Origin: a virus
Taxonomy: Duplodnaviria > Caudoviricetes
Length of the DNA stretch: 48,553 nt
Virus record (IMG/VR): IMGVR_UViG_3300010376_000048
Location: 1-48,553 of that record
Strand: one strand, 5' to 3'
Shown here: positions 37,489-46,239 of the stretch, one piece after another
Layout: each line of letters starts with the position of its first letter
Numbering within the stretch: position 1 is the stretch's first letter
Position numbers and translations under genes: made by a program
Notes under the pieces: generated by a model
Seen by the model: the letters and a program-made list of their open reading frames with translations, nothing else
The model's database searches: none
What the model was told of the DNA's origin: nothing

Positions 37489-37962
37489 TCAACCTAGGGG
37501 CATCGTCCGGTCTACGTTGGCCCATGTAGTCTTGCCGTCTTGGCTAGGGTTGTGGACTACGTGGGCTAGGAACTCCTTGCCGATTACCTCCATGAGCATG
37601 TCCCTGAGAGACTTTGGGTTCTTCTTACTTCCGCCATCGATACCGAGGTCGTCGGACAGAAAGTCGAAGAGTCGGTAAGCGGCACTTGGCGTCGTCCAGA
37701 ACTGATGCCGAACCGAGATTTCCTGTAGTGACTTGAGGCTACCGTCCTCCCGTGTTAGCGCTGCCCTAAGGTCGTCCTCGCTAACATCTTCGGTTGGAGC
37801 GGTAATCCAGAACACGAACCTAAGCATGTCAGTTCCCGTTCGGGTCTTATCTTCCTCCGGCTGGTTCTTGATGATGCATGCGTAGGTTCCGACTGGGATC
37901 AAGGTCGGCCGGTCGATCTCTGTGACTGGGCGATCAAGGATGGATTCAAAGCTATTGCTCAT
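37489..37962 (-). CDS. Probable single-stranded DNA-binding protein (DUF669-like)
   Basis: IPVGTY.CII, L.DFL..LG, GKEFLAHV.H OB-fold pattern; follows the Sak4-like ATPase. Confidence 0.7.
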   Translation of the reverse strand: MSNSFESILDRPVTEIDRPTLIPVGTYACIIKNQPEEDKTRTGTDMLRFVFWITAPTEDVSEDDLRAALTREDGSLKSLQEISVRHQFWTTPSAAYRLFDFLSDDLGIDGGSKKNPKSLRDMLMEVIGKEFLAHVVHNPSQDGKTTWANVDRTMPLG

Positions 37963-37965
37963 GGG

Positions 37966-38787
37966 TTAGACCTTTCTTAAGGCTGGTTTGGGTTGTGCTC
38001 TGAGAACCTTGAAGAAATCCGCGAGTCCTGTTTCGATGGGATAGCTTGGAGCCATTTCGAAGGGCTTGGGGTTCTTAAGGTCGATCATTGAAGTCGCTAC
38101 TGTTTGGATCGTGCGTTTACCTCCTGGTTGGGTTTTACAAAGAGCGACGGTGTTGAAGTACATTGGAACCTGCGGGGAGAGTGCGGACCCAACTGTGATT
38201 GGGTAGCCCTTGAGGCCATCCGTTTGCTCCATGTACTTCACGTGGGCCATGACGATGAGGTTGGTTCTGAACCACTCGCTGGTTGTGATTTTGAGGATCT
38301 CTTCGATCGCGTTCTGGGAGTCGAAGTAAGTAGCACGCTTATCGTAATCACCTGACTTCCCTTTTGGAGTGAGAGGGACTCGCCAATCGAAGCAAGAATC
38401 TGAAAGCATTGTAAGGGAGTCAACGACGAAGATAGTGTCTGGACCCCACTCTGCTGGCTTCCCGAGATCGAGGTCATCGTACCGCCAGTGATCGAGCATT
38501 TTGATAAAGTCAATAAACGCTCGCGGACTACCGTCCAAGGTAGGTCCAAGAGAGGTTGCTTTTCGCTTGTCTCTGAAGGTCCGGTATTCCACGTTGCCGA
38601 TCTTGCTGGGACAGTCTTTGAGGACGAACTGCTTAAGGACTTCGAGGCCATTGTCAAAATCCGCTATCCGAAGCTTGTACCCGGCACAAACGAGTGAGGC
38701 GAGTGCCCCAGTCTTGCCGGACCCTGGGTCTCCCATGATGAGCATCTTTGTGAACTCATTGCTTTGGTGGTCTGCTAAGCTTGGCAT
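37966..38787 (-). CDS. Sak4/AAA_24-like ATPase (single-strand annealing recombinase)
   Basis: KMLIMGDPGSGKT, D.DNG, IFVVDSLT, NLIVMAH. Confidence 0.85.
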   Translation of the reverse strand: MPSLADHQSNEFTKMLIMGDPGSGKTGALASLVCAGYKLRIADFDNGLEVLKQFVLKDCPSKIGNVEYRTFRDKRKATSLGPTLDGSPRAFIDFIKMLDHWRYDDLDLGKPAEWGPDTIFVVDSLTMLSDSCFDWRVPLTPKGKSGDYDKRATYFDSQNAIEEILKITTSEWFRTNLIVMAHVKYMEQTDGLKGYPITVGSALSPQVPMYFNTVALCKTQPGGKRTIQTVATSMIDLKNPKPFEMAPSYPIETGLADFFKVLRAQPKPALRKV

Positions 38788-38908
38788 GATACCTCCTGAT
38801 TAGTTCCTCAAGAGCAAGGATGTCCTCTTTCTTGAACCATATGTGCGCTGCTCTTCGCAGGGTGTCGACCAGCTCTGTGTCACTTATCTGGGTTTTAAGG
38901 GATTCCAT
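38756..38908 (-). CDS. Small hypothetical protein (not in ORF track)
   Basis: MESLKTQISDTELVDTLRRAAHIWFKKEDILALEELIRRY...; GGAG SD; fills the gap. Confidence 0.55.
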   Translation of the reverse strand: MESLKTQISDTELVDTLRRAAHIWFKKEDILALEELIRRYHAKLSRPPKQ

Positions 38909-39891
38909 CTCTCTCCCCTTTCGAACTTGGACTTTAGCATCTGGTCCCTCACGTGTGGGGCCGATCGACAGACTTCACGGAACTCACAGCCACCATACTT
39001 ATCGCAGGCTGTATCGTTCCTTCGCCAACGGCCCCGGAGGGCGCAGTCTTCGGCATCTCGGAGCCAATCCTCCAGGTCTTCGAGCCACTCTTCATTGCGC
39101 ATTGGGTTCCTGAAGGTGAACCCCCTGACGAACCGAGAGAACTCTTGGGTTACCTGGATCACATCAATCATCACCCCCTTTACCGGTGACTTAAGCATGA
39201 TTTCCCCAGCGATTGGATAGAGTGACATCTGGTTGTCGGGGTCGTAGCCCTCGAAGTAGTAACTCCCTGGGGTTGAGTAGGTGGTCTTGGTGTCCAGGAT
39301 GAAGGGATTGTCAAGATGACTGACGACTTCGTCTAGGTGGCCACAAAGGACGTAGGGCTGGCCGACCAGGACTCCATCTTCCATCTCCGACGTGGGGCCA
39401 TAATCAAGGTTGATCCGGAAGCTCAGCTCCATCGCCAGCTCTCCGTTCTTAAGCACGACGGTTTGAACTGGGTCTTCCTGGTAATGGTCGAAGTACCAAA
39501 CCATCGTTCGAACTAGGTTCTCCCTTGACTTCGCCTTTTCAGAAGGTTTGCGTGGCAGGTTGATGTAGTGGTGGCCCTCGAACTCAACCTCCCAATCAGA
39601 GGTCTCAACCAAGATGTCCCGGACGGTTTGATGAAGGGCGTCATCATGGTCTAGGCCGTCAGCACGAAGCTCTTTGTAGAAGCGTCGGGCTTCATGCACC
39701 ACAATGCCGAAGGACAAGTGGATGCTTCGTCCTTTGGGGACCCAACCCTCATTGATGATGTAATCATAGAGCTTCGGGCATCGCTTGAAGAGCCCTAGGC
39801 TGGTGGCATCCCATGCGAACTGGACGTTGTTCAGGAATGGGGATAGCGCGGTTGAACTTTGGGCTTCAGTGGTGTATTCGACGAGTGTCAT
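38884..39891 (-). CDS. PD-(D/E)XK (RecB/Cas4-like) exonuclease with Fe-S cysteines
   Basis: FKRCP, GHLD...ILDTKTT, QMSLY, C-terminal CDKYGGCEFREVC. Confidence 0.88.
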   Translation of the reverse strand: MTLVEYTTEAQSSTALSPFLNNVQFAWDATSLGLFKRCPKLYDYIINEGWVPKGRSIHLSFGIVVHEARRFYKELRADGLDHDDALHQTVRDILVETSDWEVEFEGHHYINLPRKPSEKAKSRENLVRTMVWYFDHYQEDPVQTVVLKNGELAMELSFRINLDYGPTSEMEDGVLVGQPYVLCGHLDEVVSHLDNPFILDTKTTYSTPGSYYFEGYDPDNQMSLYPIAGEIMLKSPVKGVMIDVIQVTQEFSRFVRGFTFRNPMRNEEWLEDLEDWLRDAEDCALRGRWRRNDTACDKYGGCEFREVCRSAPHVRDQMLKSKFERGERWNPLKPR

Positions 39892-40469
39892 ATCCGCCTC
39901 ACTAAATTCTTCTTTGGAAGGACGACTTCGGTTTGCTTGGTGTCGCCTTTAGGCTCAGGATTTGCCGAACCTTCTCGATGTCCACCAACTGTTTCTCCTT
40001 CTTCGGCTTCACTCCTGCGTCCAGGGCCTCCCGTTGCTTCCGGACGGCTGAGATCAGCAGGTTGATTTCCTGGTCTGTCAGGCTCTCCGCGTCCTTGCTC
40101 CATAGTTCGTTGATCGTGTTCTGTTCCATTGTCTACCTCGTTTAAGCTTTCGACAGTGTATCGTCGCTCGTCCGCGATCTCAACGTAAAGCCAAACATTC
40201 GGCCATTCGGCCTTGATCCGGGTGACTAGCCGATCGTACTCCGATTGGCCATGCATTGGGTGAAGGGGATCGAAGTAGATCTCCATGTTGGCGTCGCGAT
40301 CCAAACTTCGGGCCTTGTGCATCCGAAGTCGAAGGTGACGGGCTTGACCAAGAGCTAACTCGAAGGTCTCGCCCTCAATCTTGACTCGGACTCCGCGACC
40401 AGACTCGATGGCCTGATCCATGATTGAGTAGCAATCTCCGTAGGCTAGACGAGCGGAGGAGACTACCAT
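39888..40469 (-). CDS. Hypothetical protein whose C-terminal ~80 aa overprint the next gene (ends LVRRI)
   Basis: ATG overlaps the helicase end; globular-looking N-terminal ~110 aa. Confidence 0.65.
   Translation of the reverse strand: MVVSSARLAYGDCYSIMDQAIESGRGVRVKIEGETFELALGQARHLRLRMHKARSLDRDANMEIYFDPLHPMHGQSEYDRLVTRIKAEWPNVWLYVEIADERRYTVESLNEVDNGTEHDQRTMEQGRGEPDRPGNQPADLSRPEATGGPGRRSEAEEGETVGGHREGSANPEPKGDTKQTEVVLPKKNLVRRI
39902..40129 (-). CDS. Nested hypothetical protein (ends FQRRI)
   Basis: GAGG SD, amphipathic helical sequence. Confidence 0.7.
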   Translation of the reverse strand: MEQNTINELWSKDAESLTDQEINLLISAVRKQREALDAGVKPKKEKQLVDIEKVRQILSLKATPSKPKSSFQRRI

Positions 40470-41899
40470 TCGATGCTCCGAGAGTCGATCTCGTAGAGAG
40501 ATTGCTTCGCGCGGGTGGTGATCACATACTTGAGGTTCATGTCTTGCTCGTCGCCACCACATAGCCAAGGGTCGAGGTGGTAAACGGTGTCCCATTCGAG
40601 GCCCTTGGACTTGTGGCCAGTGGTCAACTGGATTGTGCCTTGCTGGGAGAATATCCATTCAAGGTATTTGCAAGTCTGCCCGAGGTTGTCGCCATGCTCC
40701 GCAAGGATGGCCATGCAATCTGCCGTGTCGTTGGCGCTCTTGCTGTCTTTCTCCAGCTTCAGCTCCCTCCATTTCTCGATGGCCGATATGACCTGAGGTC
40801 GGCTCATTTCTTCCGGTCCAAGCTTTTTGAGTATAGCAAGTATACGAGGCCCAATGTCACTGCCGATAACCCTAACCCCACGGCCAGAGCCAAGAAGGCC
40901 AAAGGCAAGACGAAAGAGTGGAGCGTTGTTTCGGCAGATAATAGTGCAATCATCTGGGAACTCCCTCATTTTGAGGCTGGTTAGGCGCTCAACTCGGCCT
41001 CCGGGCTTGATCCATTTGAAGTTTGGAACCCTCCACCTAGCGGCCTCAACCACCGCCTGTGGGCACCGAAAGCTAATGGTTAGCTCGTAGGGCTCCATGT
41101 TGTACCGAGTTTGGGCTAGGTCCATACCGCTTTGCACAGCTCCCCTGAAAGCGAAGATAGATTGGAACTGGTCGCCCACCCCAATAATCCTACCTTTCGC
41201 GAGCTTGTCGAGCATTGCATAATCAATGGGGGAGAAGTCCTGTTGTTCATCCACGAGGATAGTTGAAAACTTTGGGAATGTTCCTCCAAACAATCCGGGC
41301 ATGTACTTTTGATCGTCATAGTCAATCCAGCCTTTGTAGGCTGCTCGAATTGACTCGGTGAGGACTCGGTCTGTAAGGTCTTGTGCCAACCGTGTTGGTC
41401 GTTCATCGAGACGGGCGTAGAGTCCCTCAGCGTCAATAAGACGCTTGGCGTTAGGGAACTTTCCGTTAGGGATGTATCCGAGGGCCTTCGCCATGCCAAC
41501 ACTAGATACCACTGTCCAATACTCCGGCCAAGCTTCTTCTTGACAAGCCTTTGAAAGTTCCTTGATAACGTCGCGGAATATCTGCCCTGACTTCTTGGTG
41601 TCGGGTTTGCCCATGCTGGGTATGGTTGAAGCCCATACACGGTGACCGAGACCGTTTGCAGTTCGTATAGCAGCCGCTCCACTGAGTCCTTCGCCCTTCG
41701 ATCGTTTGTCCTCGGCCTCTTCGACAACTCGTTTGCTGAACGCAACGTATAAGTATGGCTCTGGCGGAAGTATGCCACTGATTAACTCCAAGGATGAACT
41801 TTTCCCGGTTCCAGCGTAAGATCTGATTTGAATGTTCCCTCCGTGCTTACGAACTCCGTTTAAGATCAGGTCTTGCTCATCGGTTGGTTTCAGCTTCAT
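40463..41899 (-). CDS. Superfamily 1 (UvrD/Rep-like) helicase
   Basis: PT.EQ, AGTGKS, LVDE.QD, VGD.FQSIF.FRGA, SFRCP, ICRNN, T.HKSKGLEW, YV..TRAK. Confidence 0.93.
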   Translation of the reverse strand: MKLKPTDEQDLILNGVRKHGGNIQIRSYAGTGKSSSLELISGILPPEPYLYVAFSKRVVEEAEDKRSKGEGLSGAAAIRTANGLGHRVWASTIPSMGKPDTKKSGQIFRDVIKELSKACQEEAWPEYWTVVSSVGMAKALGYIPNGKFPNAKRLIDAEGLYARLDERPTRLAQDLTDRVLTESIRAAYKGWIDYDDQKYMPGLFGGTFPKFSTILVDEQQDFSPIDYAMLDKLAKGRIIGVGDQFQSIFAFRGAVQSGMDLAQTRYNMEPYELTISFRCPQAVVEAARWRVPNFKWIKPGGRVERLTSLKMREFPDDCTIICRNNAPLFRLAFGLLGSGRGVRVIGSDIGPRILAILKKLGPEEMSRPQVISAIEKWRELKLEKDSKSANDTADCMAILAEHGDNLGQTCKYLEWIFSQQGTIQLTTGHKSKGLEWDTVYHLDPWLCGGDEQDMNLKYVITTRAKQSLYEIDSRSIEW

Positions 41900-42446
41900 T
41901 TAGCTTCTCCCATTCCTCAACGCTTCGGTCGTTCTGCATCGCTACCTTAAGTTCAGTGATTTCGTCCTCGTCGTAGGGATACATCGCCAGGTCCCGAGGG
42001 ATTGGCTTCTCCATCTCGATTACGTTCTGCCGCTCGTCAAGGATCACCTGGGGGTCGATGATCCTGGAGTAAAGGTCCCAACCTTCTGGTCCAAGGAGTT
42101 CGATAACGCGGTCGTGCTCTGCCCGGTTACCCAGGTGGTGACCACGAGAGTCGGTACTGTAATCCAATCCAATGCCGAGGAAGGTTCGGGCGGCCCACTC
42201 AGTTGTCTCGTGTCGAACGAGGCACTCAGCGCAGTCGACTCCATCAATAACCGTCTGGATGTCGTTCGAGATGTAGACCCTGGTTCCGTCTTCATTCATT
42301 CCTGCTCCGTAGGGGATGAAGAAGGTCCTGATTGGGCGAAAGTGCCAAGCGTCCTTGAGGTAGTCATCGAAGGCCTTGAACTGTGCTCGAAGCTTGGCAA
42401 GTCTGCCTTCCGGAGCGAGCGTGTCGTCAATGTCTCCTGCGACCAT
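41877..42446 (-). CDS. Hypothetical protein with zincin-like HExxE motif
   Basis: IPYGAG...DG.RVYI, LVRHETTE, GHH...AE; AGGAGG SD. Confidence 0.6.
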   Translation of the reverse strand: MVAGDIDDTLAPEGRLAKLRAQFKAFDDYLKDAWHFRPIRTFFIPYGAGMNEDGTRVYISNDIQTVIDGVDCAECLVRHETTEWAARTFLGIGLDYSTDSRGHHLGNRAEHDRVIELLGPEGWDLYSRIIDPQVILDERQNVIEMEKPIPRDLAMYPYDEDEITELKVAMQNDRSVEEWEKLNEAETNR

Positions 42447-42619
42447 TTGAGTTCCTCCTGTCCCCATCTGTGGATTAGCATGTCCGTGAATACCCTGGCT
42501 GAGTATGTTAGAGATGGGTAGCCTTCGAGAGCGTTCTCAAGGGCTATTATCTTCTCCCCCAGTGGCTCCGGCCCACGGACGAATTCGTCGATCATTCCGA
42601 TCAATCTGTCAACGTTCAA
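42296..42619 (-). CDS. Hypothetical protein
   Basis: AGGAGG SD with TTG start overlapping the upstream stop. Confidence 0.5.
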   Translation of the reverse strand: MNVDRLIGMIDEFVRGPEPLGEKIIALENALEGYPSLTYSARVFTDMLIHRWGQEELKWSQETLTTRSLRKADLPSFEHSSRPSMTTSRTLGTFAQSGPSSSPTEQE

Positions 42620-42813
42620 TGCATCCTCCTTGTTGCGATCTTTGCAATCATATGGCCCATGAACTTCATCTTATCCTCAATCATGAGCCACATTTTGGCT
42701 TGGTCTGGGTGATTGTCGCGGCTGAGGTGGGCGAGCATCGCTGCGTCCTCTTGGGCCAAGCGAATATGTTCGATAAGCTTGGCGAAGGTTTCACCGGTGG
42801 TGGGGATGCTCAC
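42616..42813 (-). CDS. Hypothetical helical protein
   Basis: GAGGG SD, GTG start. Confidence 0.55.
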   Translation of the reverse strand: MSIPTTGETFAKLIEHIRLAQEDAAMLAHLSRDNHPDQAKMWLMIEDKMKFMGHMIAKIATRRMH

Positions 42814-42832
42814 GGTATGGCCCTCTGGGTGC

Positions 42833-43045
42833 TCATTCTGTCCACTTTCTTGGCAGCCCTGGTGGGGGATCATGGGGTTCGCCTGGATCAATATTGAGCC
42901 AGACAAAAGACGACTCCACTACGTATCCGCGCCTGTATTGGAGTTCTAAGATAAGAGCGTCCAGAGCGTCGGCAGAGAGGTAAATAGAGAACGGTGTTGA
43001 GAGTTCCCTCTTGACACCGTCTTTGCAGATGACTAAGCCTATCAT
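42833..43045 (-). CDS. Hypothetical protein
   Basis: ATGA overlap with the upstream ORF. Confidence 0.55.
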   Translation of the reverse strand: MIGLVICKDGVKRELSTPFSIYLSADALDALILELQYRRGYVVESSFVWLNIDPGEPHDPPPGLPRKWTE

Positions 43046-43200
43046 TGTGCCACCTGAGTCTGAGCATCGAAGACAATCTTCATCACGACGTGGGGGTTCT
43101 CCCCGTAGAACGCCATGGCGTCCTCCGCTGCACGTTGGGTGTTGAACCCGAATGCATAGCACTCCCCGGTGTTGACGACATGGATCAGAAGCACCCACAT
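43042..43200 (-). CDS. Small hypothetical protein (not in ORF track)
   Basis: AGGAGG SD, TAATG coupling; MWVLLIHVVNTGECYAFGF... Confidence 0.6.
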   Translation of the reverse strand: MWVLLIHVVNTGECYAFGFNTQRAAEDAMAFYGENPHVVMKIVFDAQTQVAQ

Positions 43201-43514
43201 TAAATCCTCCTCTCAAAGCTAGTCAGTCGCCTTGGCTTAATCAGCGCTCGAACAGCGGTGATGTCGACGAGTGGCTTGTCATCAAGAAGGGGCTTTGTCG
43301 GCCGCCACTCCTGTGTCAGTCCTTGATCCGCTCGGACTAGGCTCAACGCCAGGACTTCGTACATCGACCGGCCTTTGACTGGCAGGGTCGTCAAGTTCTC
43401 GTCTTCGATCAGGCGGAGGTTTGCCTTCCATGTTGACTCGCTCAACTGCCCGATCCAATTCACCAGCCAGCCCGCTTGGGATATGTCCTGAAGGACCTTC
43501 GCTAGGGGTTCCAT
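43200..43514 (-). CDS. Hypothetical protein (ends FERRI)
   Basis: Globular-looking sequence (GWLVNWIGQ...WKANLR) overlapping the upstream ORF. Confidence 0.6.
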   Translation of the reverse strand: MEPLAKVLQDISQAGWLVNWIGQLSESTWKANLRLIEDENLTTLPVKGRSMYEVLALSLVRADQGLTQEWRPTKPLLDDKPLVDITAVRALIKPRRLTSFERRI

Positions 43515-43770
43515 TTGCCTGCACCCATTGGGTGATGACCTGGGTGATTTCCCCGGCCTTCTGCGCGGTATCAGCATCTCTCCGGATAGCGTCACATGCT
43601 GCATCGAAGATCACCTGCTTAGTGGCCTTAACCGATTGAAGGGTTGAAATCATCGTGTCGATCTTCTCAGTGACGAACTTGTGCATTCGCTCGAGCTGGG
43701 CGATTGAGTTCTTGGCGACTGAGTCGCTAGTGTTGGTTGAGGTGGTTTTGCTGTGGTCAAAGATTGTCAT
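43282..43770 (-). CDS. Hypothetical coiled-coil protein with low-complexity overlapping tail
   Basis: ATGA overlap at start; helical N-terminal half. Confidence 0.55.
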   Translation of the reverse strand: MTIFDHSKTTSTNTSDSVAKNSIAQLERMHKFVTEKIDTMISTLQSVKATKQVIFDAACDAIRRDADTAQKAGEITQVITQWVQANGTPSEGPSGHIPSGLAGELDRAVERVNMEGKPPPDRRRELDDPASQRPVDVRSPGVEPSPSGSRTDTGVAADKAPS

Positions 43771-43939
43771 TTGGCTTCACCATCGCTCGGGCTCTGAGCA
43801 CCCACGACGGCTCCGAATTTCTTCCCTTCTTCACTGAGCCATTGTTCATACTCGTTTCGTAATGCTTCAGGGCTTCTGCTATCAACCTGGCCTTGTCCAG
43901 GTTCAGCCACAGGAGCTTCGTCACCTCTGCGTTTTGCAT
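43757..43939 (-). CDS. Possible nested small protein
   Basis: AGGA SD before ATG 43939; lies mostly within 43767-44096 in another frame. Confidence 0.4.
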   Translation of the reverse strand: MQNAEVTKLLWLNLDKARLIAEALKHYETSMNNGSVKKGRNSEPSWVLRARAMVKPNDNL

Positions 43940-44096
43940 ATCTCTTCCTATTAATCTGGTAATTGATGATTTCAAGGACAGCCTGCATAGCCGCCTTATA
44001 ACCATCTTGGAAATCCGAGTTAGCTGGGTATGGTGGCCCTACCATTAGTGCGTCTTTTACAATCACTTGAGTTGTCTTGATCCTACGCTTCTTCAT
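43767..44096 (-). CDS. Hypothetical protein
   Basis: AGGAG SD; stop coupled to the next gene. Confidence 0.55.
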   Translation of the reverse strand: MKKRRIKTTQVIVKDALMVGPPYPANSDFQDGYKAAMQAVLEIINYQINRKRYAKRRGDEAPVAEPGQGQVDSRSPEALRNEYEQWLSEEGKKFGAVVGAQSPSDGEAK

Positions 44097-44322
44097 GGTG
44101 GAACTCCTTCATGAGGACATCAACCTCTGCCTGTTCATCGGCAAAAGCTTCGTCCAGGGCTTTGAGTGCTAAATCAATGTCCGTCATCATTCGCTTCTTT
44201 CGCCATTTGGGTAAGCGCGAATTGTGTTCTACATCAAAAAATCGGATGTTATCCAGGTGAAACTTGATGATGGACTTGTACCTGAGTTTCATTTCGGTTT
44301 CTCCGCGTTCTTGGTTGGTCAT
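44083..44322 (-). CDS. Hypothetical protein
   Basis: ATGA overlap; alternative start 44292 with GGAG SD. Confidence 0.6.
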   Translation of the reverse strand: MTNQERGETEMKLRYKSIIKFHLDNIRFFDVEHNSRLPKWRKKRMMTDIDLALKALDEAFADEQAEVDVLMKEFHHEEA

Positions 44323-44597
44323 CCGAGATATCCCTTCTTCCGAAGCAGCTCCGTGATTGTCGCGTCGCGCTCTTTCGTGAGTCCTTGCGGAGGCGCTTTG
44401 CCCTTCGTATAGGTCACGTGGGCTTGCCCATTGGTCTGCCGATCAGCCTTCGCGAACTTCTTGATCAGGTTGACGCCCTTACCAAGCCCGCCTTCGGTCA
44501 TCGACAGCTTCATGATGTATGGTTGGCCGCCTGGTGGACAGGCGAACTGCAAGTAAAGGTGGCGATCGTCGCACCAAATGAGAGCTGGTTCGCTCAT
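44319..44597 (-). CDS. First gene of the leftward early operon, hypothetical
   Basis: GGAGG SD directly after a strong promoter. Confidence 0.7.
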   Translation of the reverse strand: MSEPALIWCDDRHLYLQFACPPGGQPYIMKLSMTEGGLGKGVNLIKKFAKADRQTNGQAHVTYTKGKAPPQGLTKERDATITELLRKKGYLG

Positions 44598-44635
44598 CTC
44601 GAATAATCCTCCCGACCCATGTGGTCCATTGTACC

Positions 44636-44664
44636 ATTATACACTATCCGGGGGAAAAAGTCAA
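44636..44664 (-). promoter_or_regulatory. Near-consensus sigma70 promoter driving the replication operon
   Basis: Minus strand TTGACT-N17-TATAAT. Confidence 0.85.
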
Positions 44665-44898
44665 GCTTTATTTTGCATCCGAGCAAATAAATCTTCCATC
44701 GGACAGGTGAAATGGGAATTTCAGAAGGTTCTAGGGCGAGGCCGGGGGCCGGACGCCAGAATCGAGGGAATGGAAGAGAGGAGCTATGCACGGGGCGCAT
44801 GGCAGGCATGCGAAATGAGCGTGGCTTGTGCCATAATTCCGCCACAATTCCGTGCCTTAATAGGGGCGTGGCGGATGGTCCGCCCAGGAGGAAGGGAA

Positions 44899-45114
44899 AT
44901 GAGCGAAAGAAAGGTTTGGATTGGACGAGTTCCATGCTTTGATGATTTTGGGGAGCCAGTAACCGACAAGTTCATAGATGGCAAAACTAAGTTCGGGCCT
45001 TGGGCAATCATGGCGCCAGCCTCCTATAATGTGCATGGCGTTGGAATTGGCCTTGGTATGGGCCAAGTATACGTGAAGGACTATCCGACTAGTGTTTGGT
45101 ACAAACTTAAGTAA
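44899..45114 (+). CDS. Hypothetical early protein
   Basis: AGGAGG SD; FIDGKTKFGPWAIM...GLG.GQ.Y. Confidence 0.7.
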   Translation: MSERKVWIGRVPCFDDFGEPVTDKFIDGKTKFGPWAIMAPASYNVHGVGIGLGMGQVYVKDYPTSVWYKLK

Positions 45115-45125
45115 GGGAGAGGGAA

Positions 45126-45284
45126 ATGACCGAGCGAGAGATATGGGATAAGCTTCGAGTCACAATATTGGAGCTTGCGAATTACTTTGATGAGGATTTC
45201 ATCTCAGAGGAATATGAGACTGAGTTGACCATCGTGCTTAAGCAGTCAAGAGAGCTCAAGGCTTGGGAGAGGAATGATGAGTGA
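45126..45284 (+). CDS. Small acidic protein (not in ORF track)
   Basis: GGAGAGG SD; 52 aa. Confidence 0.6.
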   Translation: MTEREIWDKLRVTILELANYFDEDFISEEYETELTIVLKQSRELKAWERNDE

Positions 45285-45453
45285 GATCATCACCTTTGTG
45301 GCGGCAATGCGGAAGTTCTTTGGTCTGCTTCCGGGGGAAACCTTCACTCAATTTGTGGAGGAATTGAAGTCTCTGAACGAAGCTGATAAGGTTGAGTTGA
45401 CGAAGCTGCTGAAAACCGTTGGGTTCTCAGTCATCGAGCGGAGAATTGGTTAG
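45277..45453 (+). CDS. Small protein ending IERRIG (not in ORF track)
   Basis: GGAGAGG SD; 58 aa. Confidence 0.6.
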   Translation: MSEIITFVAAMRKFFGLLPGETFTQFVEELKSLNEADKVELTKLLKTVGFSVIERRIG

Positions 45454-45468
45454 CACGATCGTGCATAG

Positions 45469-45494
45469 GGGAAGGCAATGGTGCCTTCCCTTTT
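45469..45494 (+). terminator. Intrinsic terminator
   Basis: GGGAAGGCA-ATGG-TGCCTTCCC-TTTT. Confidence 0.7.
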
Positions 45495-45513
45495 CATCAA
45501 GGAGAACTAGGCT

Positions 45514-46185
45514 ATGGCTACGTTTGTTGAACGCGAAGTGGATGGTGAGGTGAAGAGGTTCTACCAGATCAGGATCAGCAAAGCGAAGGCGGATGTTGAT
45601 GTTTGCTTTGCCGATCTTCCCGAAGAGGTTTATGAACAGGCCCTTGTTTGGGGCGTTGAACACTATGCGAATGGCGGAATGACGAAGATCACGAAGAATG
45701 AAATCCCGGATGACGAAGAGCGGCAAGAGAAGGCCCTTGAAGTCGGAAGCAAGAGGATTGCCGATATGCTCAAGGGCGATATCAAGATCCCTGGCAAGAA
45801 AGCCGAAGGAAAGGCCTCAAGGGAGGTTATGGTCGAAGCGCGTCGCTTGGCCAAGGCTTATCTCGTTGACATCCTGAAGCGCAGCGGGATCAAACATACT
45901 ACGGTTCCCGCGAAGACCAAAACCCAGCTTGCGAATGAGATCATTGAGGGTGATCCGGATATCGTCAAGCTGGCCATGCAGAATGTTGAGGAAAAGAAGA
46001 AGAAGGCATCCAGCATCAAGAGCCTCGATGACTTGCTGAAGGACCCGAGCAAGATTGTCTCTCAGCAGCTTGTTGAGAAGAACAAGAAGAGGAGCGCCAA
46101 GGCAAGCGAGGATGCTGTTCTTAGCGTCACCCAAGCTGGCTTGATCAAGCCCAAGGCTCCCGCGGTTCGGCCGACGGCTCACTAA
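45514..46185 (+). CDS. Hypothetical charged protein, 223 aa
   Basis: AAGGAG SD; K/E-rich; followed by a terminator. Confidence 0.8.
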   Translation: MATFVEREVDGEVKRFYQIRISKAKADVDVCFADLPEEVYEQALVWGVEHYANGGMTKITKNEIPDDEERQEKALEVGSKRIADMLKGDIKIPGKKAEGKASREVMVEARRLAKAYLVDILKRSGIKHTTVPAKTKTQLANEIIEGDPDIVKLAMQNVEEKKKKASSIKSLDDLLKDPSKIVSQQLVEKNKKRSAKASEDAVLSVTQAGLIKPKAPAVRPTAH

Positions 46186-46200
46186 CGTAGTGTAACCCCT

Positions 46201-46227
46201 GGGGAGCGCCAATGCTCCCCTTCTTTC
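46201..46227 (+). terminator. Intrinsic terminator
   Basis: GGGGAGC-GCCAAT-GCTCCCC-TTCTTT. Confidence 0.7.
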
Positions 46228-46239
46228 AGGAGAAGGACG

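Noticed and set aside
37468-37530. tRNA-like fragment on the + strand (AGTGGTCAGCAC D-loop-like, TTGGG-CTATCAA-CCTAG anticodon-like arm)
   Set aside because: No D-stem partner, no TTCRA T-loop and no acceptor stem; it runs antisense into the ssb gene
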